From Octopus sinensis (lineage: Eukaryota), in the NCBI RefSeq assembly GCF_006345805.1, contig NC_042997.1, forward strand, positions 57,474,001 through 57,538,000: a stretch of 64,000 nt of DNA. The letters run 5' to 3'. Below are positions 52,189 to 64,000 of this stretch, piece by piece. The number at the start of each line of letters is the position of its first letter. Positions within the stretch are counted from its first letter, which is position 1. The position numbers and the translations under genes were made by a program. The notes below the pieces were generated by a model that was given only the letters and a program-made list of their open reading frames with translations, ran no database searches and was not told the origin of the DNA.

Positions 52189-52288
52189 ATGTCGTCGCGA
52201 AAGGAGCGATTCAAAACCTTCTCTCGCCGTACTGGCACCTGCGGTGGGATTGATGAACTTCGTCATCGACGGAGAGAAGATGAAATCG
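52189..52288 (+). CDS. TMCO6: TMCO6/importin-alpha-like ARM protein, exon 1
   Basis: MSSRKERFKTFSRRTGTCGGIDELRHRRREDEI(V); donor G|GTGAAT in phase 1, which joins exon 2 in frame; IBB-like basic motif. Confidence 0.75.
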
Positions 52289-54124
52289 GTGAATATTGAT
52301 ACTGTTTTATTTTTCATATAGAATAGAATTAGTATTGTGTTCGTATCCAACGATAAATACACGTTATTAGTTGCAGCTGTCTAATTAACGATACGCCGCT
52401 ATAGAACTCTCACTACACCAACTTCAATTACATCATTATTTTCATTAAAATTCTGTCTCAGACTCCTTGTTTTGCGATTATTTTTGTTGATTAATCTACT
52501 TTTAACCTTAATCTTTGTATTATTTACTAATTTGTTATATTGTATCAGTAGCCACATTGTGTTAATCGGATCCTATTCAGATAAACTTTAGATTATTATA
52601 ATATTTGTCATTTAAAACCGTTTTTGATATGGTTCTAGTAAACTATTCCTTTAGTAACTATATCGTTTTGGGTTTGAAGTAGTAATGTTTTCTGTACGTA
52701 GAAATGGAAATTGTCAACAATAAAGTAAGAGTTCTTTTCTCAGTGACAGGATACTTTCATTTGCCTGTGTTGACCATATTACCTCCGTGCTGCCATCTAT
52801 TTACTGATTTTTATAAACATCTTATTTTTCTCGCCTTTATCATTTTCCCTCAGATCCTACCTAATTCTTATACCAAAACATTAATTTCTTACAGCATTTC
52901 CACAATTTCTTCTAAATTTCGGTCTTCGCTGAAGAATTTGCGCTTGACTCACTTGTTGCAATAATCAAGATTTACTTCAATATATTGCAATTGACTCGTC
53001 ACTGTTTTGTGTGGTGGTAAATCTTTGGCATTTTCTGTTCGCAGGCCGGTTTAAATTCTTGGATGGAATGCTTTATGCGTGTTGCTAATGTAATAGGAGA
53101 GACATATTTTTGTTACAATTTTCCTAGTTCCTAATCTTCAAGCTTCATACTTTTCTAAACAATTCGAATGAAGTTACTCTTCGTTGCGGTATCGGATTGA
53201 GTTCTACAGAAGGCTTTTTTCCCGTCACGCTGTCAATTATAATCATTACTGCCGCGAATATGTTACATGACTCGAGTTTTAACGGGTAAACAATTTATTC
53301 AATTTACCACTTGTTTACTGAATAAAATCGCACAGTACCTAATGCTAACTGTGTTTGTCAGTTAACATTTCTTAATTTTTAAGTGTGGTTGTATCTTGTA
53401 GTAAACACTTTTATGTAAAGTTATAGTTTATTGTTGTTATTGTGTCTCTCGCGTTGTCAAATATACCTATGAGCAAAAATATATTAGCATTGACTACCCC
53501 ATCTTTTTTTTTTTCAGGCCCGTTTAATGTCGTTTTTATTTTGAAGATGATAGGGTGTGATTTGAGGGAAATTTGGCTGCTATGTCTATTAATTCGAACG
53601 ATTATATAGTTTTTTTTCCTTTCACAACCTATAACTGTGATGATATTTAAATTTCTAGCATCATTATCGTCCTTATCGCTATCGCTTTTAACATGCGTTA
53701 TATGTTTATTATTTATTTGTTTTTTAATGCTGACTGGAGTTTGAAGAGTTCTGCGATAGTACTGTTCATGTGATTCTGTTCCGTATTATCCCATCTGCTA
53801 TCTTAGATTTTGTTCTACGTGTCTGTAGATCCTGTTTATGCGTGAGCGTTCGAAAATTACTTTTGCATTAATTTGCTTCTTAATATATTAAAAGTGGTAA
53901 ATCAGAGTTTTGGAAAAAAAAAATTAAAAATGAAGAGTAGTTTGCCATGTGGTATTTTTGTTGGAACCCTTTACATTCAGATTTCGAATCCTGAAGAGTT
54001 CAACCTTGTCTTTTATTCTTCCAGGGTTTATAAAATATTTGTTATCAGTATAATTGTGTATACCTGTACCGCAAATTTAAGCCTTGTCCCTTTATGGTAT
54101 TCAGTTCCAGTTCTTTTTTTTTTC

Positions 54125-54230
54125 TTCCGAGTTCGAGTCCCACCAAGGTCACCTTTGCGCATTACATCCTTCCAGGGTCGATAGAATAAAGTACCAGTTA
54201 AGAACTGGGGTTGATGTTATCGACTCCAGT
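54125..54230 (+). mobile_element. Decayed tRNA SINE fragment (16135-type)
   Basis: GAGTTCGAGTCCC..AAGGTCACCTTTGC..CATCCTTCCAGGGTCGATAGAATAAAGTACC. Confidence 0.65.
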
Positions 54231-54789
54231 ACTTGACAGGTGCTTTATTTCACGTATCTGACCATAGTATCAATGTTAACCGATTTTAAGAAGTGTAGGG
54301 ATATTTTTGTCTTGTTTTTCTTATTGATTCATAGAATAAATGCTGGTGGTACTCAATAAATAAATATATAATTACTTGAATTAAGAAGTGTGTTTATTAC
54401 TAAATTGTCAGATCCCTACTAGCATGGCATCAGCAGTGTGGTTGTTCAGTGGATGTAACTAACATATAGTAACTGATTTAAAAGGTGGGATGAAATCATC
54501 AATGGTCATAATTGGTATTGATTGACTAAAAGTTATTGATGAAAGAGAGAAACTAAATTGGGACGATGATTGAGCAGATGCAAGCTTTGGATCCAGATAT
54601 TAATTCAAGGTACAATGCAAAAATGTTGCTAATAATGGCTAACCAGAAGGTGTCAGATGTGGCACCCAACAAGCAGAAACCTTCATCATGCCAAGTTCAT
54701 TGCACATAATGTCCTCAACTCTCACAGGATATGCTAACTGCATTAGCTATGTGATTTATAGTCAGTTGCCTCTCATCTATCATCCTGTT

Positions 54790-55000
54790 TTCCTAGGTGG
54801 AAGCAGTTGCAGGACGTCCAGACCTTGGGTCATCTTAAGGATTCTTCCCTCCCTTCCTTAATTCAGCTGCCCCACTTTGCACTGTTGATAAAGCTAGAGA
54901 GTCATCCTCTAATGTAGAAAGCATATCAGGATGAATGTCCTTGGGGACTAAACCTATTTTCTGCAGGTACTTGATAACACCACAGAAGTCACTACTAGTT
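54790..55000 (-). mobile_element. mariner transposase N-terminal fragment
   Basis: GVIKYLQKIGLVPKDIHPDMLSTLEDDSLALSTVQ..AAELRKG resembles the mariner HTH region. Confidence 0.7.
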
Positions 55001-55618
55001 ACTTTTGAAGTCTTCTTTGAAGAGTCAGATGTCAGTTTATTTGAAAAGAAACAATGCAATTATTAGTAAGAGTTGAAGTGAATGCATGCAAGATTTCACA
55101 GCTGTAGAATTACTCAGCCTATGAACTTTTCAGCCCACCCTTGTAAGTACTAGTTCAAAACAGGAACTGATATAATCGACTGCAGACTGATGTACATTGT
55201 TTGAGCATGGTGACTGATTGTTCAGTAATGAGCAGTTGCTATATTATGTAATCCTATAAAAGCCTACACATCTGAAAAGATGAGCAACATAAGCAAATGA
55301 AGTGGGGGCTAAAAAAAAAGTTAAAAGGAATGTCAGATGAATAGACAGAATATTAATGGTTTTGAGTTTTCATCAACTAGGTCTGTAATGGATAAACTGA
55401 TGAGATGGGTAATTAACTATACTTAAGTACAGGGCTGTGATAGAGACAGGATGAAGTTTTTGTGTTTCTGAAAATTAAAATACGTGAACTTTGTGTGTTT
55501 ATAAAAGATGTGGTTAATGGAATGAAATTAATTTGATATTTTTCTGTTTTAGCAAATTTTGTTTTGAGTCAATTGGTTTTCTGTTGACACTACCATCTTT
55601 ACTTTTTTTCTTTTGTAG

Positions 55619-55704
55619 TCATTCGTAAAGAAAAAAGAGACTGGATACTTAATTCTAAACGCTTTCGCTATGATGAACCAACGGATGAGATATCTGAGCA
55701 AGAG
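55619..55704 (+). CDS. TMCO6: TMCO6-like exon 2
   Basis: Polypyrimidine tract plus TTGTAG acceptor; IRKEKRDWILNSKRFRYDEPTDEISEQE; donor GAG|GTATGA. Confidence 0.85.
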
Positions 55705-55944
55705 GTATGATCATAAAGAGGGGCAGTTTTTGAATATTTTTTCTTGTTTTCTGCATTTTACAAGACAATATGGTCATCAAAACCACATCAATTCTGTGCT
55801 AATATAGACAGGAATTGTTTGGGGGTTAATTCTTTTTGTTTTTTGTTTTGTTAATGTGTTTGTGTATTGAATACTCTTACTTTCTAAAGTTTGGTTTTTA
55901 AAAATTTCAATTTCTCCTGCATTTTTATTTTTCATCTTGGAATG

Positions 55945-56050
55945 ACCATGGTATTAAGAAGTTCACTTGGCAAGTACATTGTTTCAAGTTTGATCCTACT
56001 GGGGTCACTTTGAGCAAGTGTCTCTTACTATAGCCTTGAGTTAACTAAGG
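55945..56050 (+). mobile_element. Decayed SINE head/core
   Basis: GGTCACTTTGAGCAAGTGTCTCTTACTATAGCC. Confidence 0.55.
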
Positions 56051-56619
56051 CCTTCATTATCATCATCATCATCCTTTAATGTCCGTTTTCCATGCTGACG
56101 AAATTTGGTTGACTGAAATTGTATGGAAGCCCATCATATATATATATATATATATATTGGAAACAGGTGAGGGTTGTCAACATGAAGGGCATCTGGCCAT
56201 AAAAAAAATCAACCTCAACAAATTCTGTCTGAACCATGCAAGTATGGAAAAGTGGATGTTGAAATGATGATACGTGTGTTTGCTTTCATAACATTTAGGC
56301 AGCACTGACATTTCTTAATGTGCTGTAGCTCAACAGTTCAACATATGAAAACTAGCAGAGTAAGATTCCTTCTTTAAAAGGTTGGCATCAAGAAGGGTTT
56401 CTGGCCATGATAATAGAACCTCAATAAGCTTCATCTAACCCATAGCAGCTTGGAAAAATTAGATGTAAAAATTATGCCAATGACAAATTCACCCCAAGTT
56501 ATTATCTTTTGAGTTAGATTTCAGTAAGATTTTCCATAATTCTTCTATATTTCTTTAATATGAACTTGTATATTATAAATGACAAAATTTTGTGCATTTC
56601 TGTATGAAAATATATACAT

Positions 56620-57874
56620 ACATAATGGAAACACCTACCATCATAGCATCTGAATTTTGAATATCTACAAAACCGTCTATAGCTTGTTTACTTTTATGAT
56701 TTTTGATTTATTATTAGTGTTGCCTAATATGTTTTGCTAAAGTTGCTGTTTCTTTGCAGATATCATCAGAAAAAGGTAATTAAAATTCATTAAAATGACA
56801 GATCTATCAGACTTTCAAAGAGGTCAAATTGTTGGTGCTCATATAGCAGATGCTAGCGTAACAAAAACAGCCGAAATGTTTGGTGTATCAAGAAGTACTG
56901 TCTCAAAAGTAATGACAGCCTTTGAGAAAGAGGGGAAAACCTCCCTGTCGAAACAAAACTCCGGAAGAAAACCAAAACTTTCAGATATGGACTGTTGGAC
57001 TCTTATGCAAATTGTGAGAAAGGATCACAAAAGTCTAGCTCCCAAAATTACTGCAGGGCTTAATGACCACCTCGAGAACCTAGTTTCCACAAAAGCTGTT
57101 CACCGGGAGCTGCACAAAGCTGGATTTCATGGGAGGGCTGCAATCAGAAAACCACTACTTTCAAAAACAAACATTGCAAAGCATTTAGAGTGCAGTAAAA
57201 ATCTACAGAATTGTTCCTTAGAGCAGAGGAAGAATGTTATTTTCTTGGGCAAGTCATCCTTTACCGTATTTCCAACCGCCAGCCAAGTATACGTGTGGAG
57301 ACAGCCAAAAGAAGTATTTTACCCAGACTGCCTTCTTTCAACTGTTAAACATGGAGGAGGATCTGTGATGATCTGAGAGGGCTATATCTTGGAAATCCAC
57401 TGGCCTAATGGTTTCCCTTCATGGCAGATCAGTCAAGACTATTTAAGCATTTTATCTGATCAAATTCATCCTATGGTTGCAGAACTGTTTCCAGAGGGAA
57501 ACGCAATCTTTAAGGATGATAATGCACCAATTCACACAGCTAAAGTTGTTACTGAATGGCACAAGGAACATTCTAGTGAAGTTGAGCATTTTATCTGGCC
57601 ACCACATTCCCCAGATCTCAATATTATTGAACATTTATGGTACATTTTAGAAAAACAAATGAGTTGATATCCTTCACCATCATCACTACAAGAACTGGAG
57701 ACTGATTTAGCTGAAGAATGGACAAAAATACCTTTGGGAACAATTCAAACTTTGTACAAGTTCATACCTCGTAGAATTCAAGCTGTAATTACTGCCAAAT
57801 GTGGTCCTACCCCTTATTAAGATAAATTTGTTTGAAATTTTAAGGTGTTTTCATTATTTTCTCCATCCCCTGTA
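56620..57874 (+). mobile_element. Tc1-like transposon (DD34E), decayed, in TMCO6 intron 2
   Basis: MTDLSDFQRGQIVGA HTH; KHGGGSVMIW; DDNAPIH; WPPHSPDLNIIEHLW; right TIR ..CCCCTG|TA with a partial left TIR ATAATGGAAACACCT. Confidence 0.9.
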
Positions 57875-58685
57875 CATCGAGTTTCTAATTTATGACTGTT
57901 GTAAATACTTCTTACCTAGATAACCTTGTTCTTTTCTGTATTTTATGATTCTGAACAACAATCGTCAGTGTGTCTATCTTCCTTTCAGTTAGGCTCCCAA
58001 CTTTTCTTTTTTTTTTTTAAGTAAATGCTTAGTAATTGTCCGTAATGTTATTAACTGTTTGATGACAAGTATAGCACAAATTTTGATTGAATTGCCATTA
58101 CATTATCATTGCCAGTGATTTAGCAAATAAGACAGTCACATGGCTATAGCTCACTTATTGACTGTCTTTGTCTAACTGCCTCACTTTCATCATGATTCTG
58201 TAACACCTCGTTTTTCCATATTACTTGTTTCAAATTCTAATAGCACTAAGAGAATCAATGTATAGATTACCACATTTTATTGTTTTACATTTTCCTGTGA
58301 CCATGTCTAATCACTCTCAAAGAATTTATATACTGCACTGTAGATTTTTTTCACACTTAGGCTGTTTCCTCGAGTTATTGTCAATAAATATTTCTGTTAT
58401 TCATAAACTCTTTAACAAGTCTTAAATTTGTTGGCAGTACATTATTCTAATTTTTCTGTCTTTGGTTATTCGTTCCATCCATTTTTACCTGCCAGTATCT
58501 GATAAGACTTCTTTTGCATGATAGGAATGTTCTTAAATATATATTATGTACCCTTTCCTTTTCTAGAACAGTCATTGTTTTTGTTTTACTGCTAGTCTAT
58601 CTATCTTTGTGTTTATTCCTATAAAAATCTTTTGTTCCTTTTGGAATGTGTAAATTAAAACTATTTCTAAATTATCTTATTGCAG

Positions 58686-58798
58686 GTGATAGCAGCTACT
58701 CAAGATTTGCTGAAGGGCTGTGATAAATGCATAGAAAAATTACAGCTCTTAAGGAGAGCTTTTTCACAAGGATCATTATATATTGATGCATTTTTCAG
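58686..58798 (+). CDS. TMCO6: TMCO6-like exon 3
   Basis: TGCAG acceptor; VIAATQDLLKGCDKCIEKLQLLRRAFSQGSLYIDAFF; donor AG|GTAACA in phase 2. Confidence 0.85.
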
Positions 58799-58848
58799 GT
58801 AACAAGTTTTATTTACTTTATATTTAGCACTTTATTTAATCCATATAA

Positions 58849-58887
<39 letters not shown>

Positions 58888-59745
58888 CCATATATACTGT
58901 ACAGAAGATTTTTAAAAATATTGTTTTAGTTGTAACAAAAAATTGCCATGCATCTAATGTGATCTTACTATGAATGGGATACTGAGGGGGTTTGTCTTAT
59001 GTGAGAGTGCATTTTATACATGGGCAAATATGGTATCATTTTATCATTATTTGCAGTGATTAGAAGCCTAGTACCTGTTATGAAAATCTGGTCTGCTTTC
59101 AAATATATAAAAATGCCACTCTGTTCTATCTTTGTGAAGAAGGAGAGGGTTGACTCAGTTTGGTATTGAATATATTTTAACTGTATCATAGTTATAACAG
59201 ATGTAACTAAGACACACCAAAACACATTAGTATAACAATACTGTGTGGGGCACTACCACAGTGCCCCACTCAATATTATTAAATATAAGTGAGTTAATTT
59301 ATGTTGTAGGGAATGTTACTAGGATATGGGCATAATTACTCATGAAATCTTTGTTTAAGATTGATTCTTTTGTAATTGTTATCAGGATTTGTGTATGTGC
59401 AAGTGGCAACTTATTATCAAATATCACAATAGAAACTTTACATTCATTCAAAAGATAGTGGGTTTTGGCTAAGGAATATGTTGGTGGCAGTTCACCACAC
59501 ACCTGAAGTTTTATTATACTGGAAGGAATATTTTATTTGGAGACTTGAATAACTGAAGCATATTTATCTTCTCTAAAAGATTCTGATATCAGCAACATGA
59601 AATTAAAAACTATCTTGTTTTAAAAATTGATTCTGTTTGGTATTGATAATATTCTTTTAACTGTATCATAGTTATAAAAGATGTAACTAAAACACATCAA
59701 AATGTTAACATCAATGTAAATAATTTTGTTTTGTATTTATTGTAG

Positions 59746-59929
59746 TGTTGAGAATGTATTGCCTTGTTTGGTTGGTTTATTTACTGGTCCAGATCCTGAT
59801 GTGCAGTTGGAGGCTGCATGGTGCCTCACCAACCTATCAGCTGGAATGCATCACTACACAACTGCCATTGTTAAGATAGCTGCTCCTTACCTCATCACAT
59901 ACCTTAGCAGTAACAATCATTTCTTACAG
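59746..59929 (+). CDS. TMCO6: TMCO6-like exon 4 (ARM repeat)
   Basis: (S)VENVLPCLVGLFTGPDPDVQLEAAWCLTNLSAGMHHYTTAIVKIAAPYLITYLSSNNHFLQ; phases are consistent. Confidence 0.9.
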
Positions 59930-60255
59930 GTAACAACTCAATGAACTCTATGCTTTCTGCTTTGAGAAGAATATAATATTTAAACTAGCTGTATTTTGTA
60001 TTTTCTCTTTTATAATATCTATTTTTACTGTTATTTTTTTCTTTCTCCATACTACCATGGGAAGGAAAACTATTGTAAATTTGGATGATCTTGCTACATA
60101 TATTGATGTAATAAGCTTTCCACACAGCAAACTATTCAACCATTAAGTAGAAGTAGTGTCTGTTATCAGTTTCACCTATTAAAGCTAACAGAATAGTGTA
60201 CCTTGTCTTGATGAAAATAAAATAGCAGTAACAAAAGTTTGACTTTATAATATTA

Positions 60256-60646
60256 CTAGAAGTATTGCCCGGCGTTGCTCGGGTTTGTTTCGACCCACTG
60301 GAATTGGAATTTTTGAAAAGTAAAAATTTTGCATTATGTAGCTTGTTATTCTCTTCAAGTGAACATTTTTCTGCTTGAAATACACCGAAAAGTGGCGACA
60401 CAGCAGTGAAAAAATCGTAAAAAATAGGGATTTTCATAGAAAAAAGCACCTTTTTGATGTAAATAATTTTTGGTGTTAACATGGTCCGATTTGAATTTTA
60501 TCTTCTACAGAAGGAAGAGCAACCCTTCTTCTATCATACTCTCAACTTTGGTAAACTTGCGCCACAGGGTCTCGGAGGAGATAGTGTTAGTTGAAGGCTA
60601 CCAAACCTGCCACACACAGACAACTTCAGCTTTATATAGAGAGAGA
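60256..60646 (-). mobile_element. Non-autonomous Helitron (same termini as 23409-23806)
   Basis: ACTAGAAGTATTGCCCGGCGTTGCTCGGG end and ..TTTATATAGAGAGAGAT start. Confidence 0.75.
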
Positions 60647-61364
60647 TAACACACACACATTAATACACATACATACACACACACATGTATGTATGTATAT
60701 ATGTACATCTGTCCACTTCTTGCCATATTTTTATCGTTCACTTCCTACACACACACACACACACACACATTCTTAGCTTACAATTTGTTTCTTTCAACAA
60801 TTGACAACTGAAGTATGCTCGCTCACCAATGAATACTACCAAAAGGTAGTGACAGATCTGTGTTTCCTTTTTCTTTTTTTTTTTTTTTTTTTTTGAGGAT
60901 TGGTTTAAGCATTAATAAGAGAAAGTAGCAGAATGTGTGATGTTGAATAAGAGTTGCAGAAAGAGGACAGCGACAGATCTCTGTTTCCTTTTTTTTTTTT
61001 TTTGAGGATTGGTTTAAGCATTAATAAGGGAAAGTAGCAGAATGTGTGTGGTAATAGCAGGAGTGAAGCATTTGAAATGAGAGAGGCAAATCGTAAAATA
61101 TTGAGTTTTCTCAAATATTTGCTTAATTGGGGGTGAAATTGAAAAAAATGTATATGCCATGACCCAATGGAATCTACTTCGAAAAATCATAGGTAAATTC
61201 CAATTGAAGAAATTCTATATTGTACAATTGTATAAAAAACAAACTATTTGGGAGGCAGAGAAAATCTGCCTTTTATCATAAGAGATGAACCAATATCTTG
61301 ATCTTACTGTTGGGGTGAATGTATAATTGTGTGATATCACATGACTATGTATCATGCACTGTGA

Positions 61365-61460
61365 AGTGGTTGGTGTTAGGAAAGGCATCTAGTTGTAGAA
61401 ACTAAGCCAAAACAGACAACTGGAGCCTGGTGCAGCAGTCCAGTTTGCCAGCTCCTGTCA
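61365..61460 (+). mobile_element. RTE 3'UTR fragment
   Basis: GTGGTTGGTGTTAGGAAAGGCATCTAGTTGTAGAAAC..GGAGCCTGGTGCAGC. Confidence 0.65.
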
Positions 61461-62724
61461 AAACTTTACTAATGTTTATTTAGTAAGTCAAAACTTTACA
61501 TTCTTTATACTAGAAATACCAAATATTTTTACAATGTCTTTCGAAAGATGTGAAAATTTTGAGAAAATATAATATATATTAAATATTGAAATTCATCATA
61601 AGGAACAACTCCTGAAAAGTCGCGAAAGCCCAACATGCTAACTTTTATGCTTCGTGTAGTAAACAAATTGAAAATTGAAATGGATCAAAAATGACCCATT
61701 AGTACTTGTGTTAAGTAACAAATTAATATTACTTCTATTGTCAAAAATCCAATTCAAGTGGCCTTGTGAACTTTTTGGGAGGGGCACAAGTTAAGGGATA
61801 ATAAGCTTTGAACTTATTTTTATTTCTTAGTCATAGATATTTTACTTTATTGTGGTAGTATTATTGAGAAAGATAAGAATATCACACTTTCTTAATGACT
61901 ATCTCGTTATTCAGTGGTCTTGTGATTATGTAAAAAATATCAGTGTTTGGTTAAATAACTGCTATTTCACATGTATTGTTAGAGAAATTATAATTCACCA
62001 TTATTATCATTTATAGATTTTCTATTCTATATGTAACCTATCCTCAATTGATTATCTATAAGAATATTTGTTTTGTTTGGTACTGAAAAAAAGAAGTATT
62101 TGAAGATATAAACTGCATCAGCAGATATTAAAAGGAACGATAAGTGAGAGTAATTAGAATTTGAACTAGCATTTTTCTTGTTGCTGCCTTTGTTAGAATT
62201 ACACTGAAGCATTAACGAAGTGGGTTTCCTTTTGTGATCTCTTTTTCTTACCATTTTTCTGTTTGGGTTGTGTATGTGCAAAACACTTTAAAAATATAAA
62301 CATGTATTAACTGGCTCATTCTAGTTTATATGACACTAAAAGTAAATAAAATTTAAATTTGTGACTTCTGGTGGTTTGCTGTGATTGACAAGACCTGCCA
62401 GGCTAAGTAAAAATGTGGCTGTCTATGCATACAGATATATCCTCTACACCCCTCTCTCAGCCAGAGATCCTAGTCTTGTGAGCTCGTGGGCACTGGTGCC
62501 ATGTAAAAGTTCTTGTGTCAATGCCATGTAAATGCACTTGCATTGGAAACAATCTCAGAATATAGATATAAGGTTATTAACATAATATGATCATTTTTAT
62601 GATCATTTATAGTATGGTGCTAGTTACTCCCAGACATTAACAAAAGAGATGTCTCCTTGATTCTCATTGGGCTCTCAGTTTTTATTCTATTTATATTTAC
62701 TTGGTTTATTTTTGACAAATATTG

Positions 62725-63050
62725 TTGGCTGTGTGGTCGGAAGCTTGCTTCTGAGTTCAGTCCCACTGCATGGCACTTTGGGCAAGTGTCTTCTACTATA
62801 GCCTTGGGCCAACCAAAGCCTTGTGAGTGGATTTGGTAGACAGAAACTGAAAGAAGTTTGTCGTGTGTGTGTGTGTCTCCCAGTACCACTTGACAACCGG
62901 GTCTGGTGTGTTTGGCAAAAGAGATCAATGGAATAAGTACCAGGCTTTAAAGAATATAAGTACTGAGCTTGATTCATTTGACTAAAAAATTCTTCAAAGT
63001 GGTGCCTCAGCATGGCCGCAGTCTAATGACTGAAACAGGTAAAAGAAAAA
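62725..63050 (+). mobile_element. tRNA-head CORE-like SINE
   Basis: GAGTTCAGTCCC..GGCACTTTGGGCAAGTGTC..GGTGCCTCAGCATGGCCGCAGTCTAATGACTGAAAC. Confidence 0.85.
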
Positions 63051-63194
63051 ATGGTATGCTGTGCAATCTTTGCTTATTCATCACTAAAGAGAAATAAAGT
63101 ATAAATATAGTTTTTGATTAGCTTGTAACTTTATGTGTTTTAATTATTTAATGTGTGAATATGAACAGATGTAATGTCCCTTTTAACATTTTAG

Positions 63195-63299
63195 GATCAG
63201 TCTGCCTGGGCTGTTGGTAACCTGGCTGGTGATAGCAAAGAATGCCAGGACCTCTTACATACCCAAGGAGCTGTTTCTCCATTAATAAATCTTCTGCAG
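63195..63299 (+). CDS. TMCO6: TMCO6-like exon 5 (ARM repeat)
   Basis: TTTTAG acceptor; DQSAWAVGNLAGDSKECQDLLHTQGAVSPLINLLQ; donor CAG|GTATTT. Confidence 0.9.
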
Positions 63300-63364
63300 G
63301 TATTTTTATTTTCTTTCTATGTCATTAATGTATTATTGTAAAGCTTTTACTAGGACATCATTAC

Positions 63365-64000
63365 ATAGGAGGATATGAAGAAGTTCCTGGACCAGTTATG
63401 TTTAATAGAAAATAACTTATTTACCTAAGTTTTAACATCATCTCCTTCGAAATAGTCACTTTGTGCAGCAATACACCGGTCCCAGCATTCCTGCCACTTT
63501 TGGAATCCAGCCTGGAAGTCATTTTCCATAAGTGAATCAAGGACCTTCTGTGGTTCGCTCTGGATCTTAACCCTTTTGGTACCAACCCGACCAAAACCGC
63601 CTCTGGCCCTGTAGTACAAATGTCTTGATTTCATAAGTTTTGAATTAAAATCTTCCACCAAACCTTAGTCACAATTTATGTTCCTAACACTAGCTCAATG
63701 ATAACTAAGTTATTGTACTAAATTCTTAGTTATATTTAAAATTAATTGAACGAAACACAGAGCGTCTCAACAGAAATACGGTAATGAAAGGGTTAACAGT
63801 GTTAAAACGGTGACCTTTAAGCTGCATTTACATCTTGGGGAAGAAATAGAAGTCCACAGGTGCTAAATCTGGCAAATAGGGCAAGTGCAGAAGTGATGCT
63901 GTGTTGTTTTTGGTGAGAAGCTTGGAGAGCTCGGTGACAGGGTGCATTGTCTTCATGAAGTATCCAATTCTTCACACTTCACCGATCCAGTTGCTTTTGC
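63365..64000 (-). mobile_element. mariner 3' part, interrupted by a MITE
   Basis: FQAGFQKWQECWDRCIAAQSDYFEGD C-terminus; TIR-like GAAGAAGTTCCTGG; PDLAP-like CCAGATTTAGCACCT on the minus strand near 63860. Confidence 0.75.
63571..63792. mobile_element. piggyBac-like MITE
   Basis: TTAA|CCCTTTTGGTACC ... GGTAATGAAAGGG|TTAA. Confidence 0.85.

Noticed and set aside
56759-56774. Mini-exon-like TTGCAG|ATATCATCAGAAAAAG|GTAATT in TMCO6 intron 2
   Set aside because: It lies in the Tc1 leader, and its 16 nt would shift the frame; exons 2 and 3 already join in frame.
59150-59705. ~80-bp diverged direct repeat (59150-59225 and 59627-59705), and a ~90-bp tandem duplication at 60852-61050
   Set aside because: Ordinary intronic duplications with no coding, structural or terminal signature.

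Overview
AT-rich, microsatellite-dense animal genomic DNA. The repeat families (RTE LINEs with (GAT)n tails, tRNA-head SINEs, Penelope, mariner) point to an octopus/cephalopod genome; this is inferred, not confirmed. Two host genes face away from each other. One is the first coding exon of a TENT4A/PAPD7-like non-canonical poly(A) polymerase (minus strand, 11323-11690). The other is five coding exons of a TMCO6/importin-alpha-like ARM protein (plus strand, 52189-63299, continuing past the window). The ~40 kb between them is nested mobile DNA: a near-intact full-length RTE LINE with a PHD finger inserted into a hAT transposase, a Penelope-like cluster, CR1/L2 fragments, SINEs, Helitrons, Tc1/mariners and a rearranged Gypsy element. 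The standout is a tandem array of ~495-bp units (36357-40049; 7 full units plus 1 partial). Each unit carries a type I hammerhead ribozyme fold, which is the architecture of a non-LTR retrozyme or ribozyme satellite. The long ORFs over the microsatellites are artefacts. All identifications come from reading and recalled family motifs; no database searches were run.
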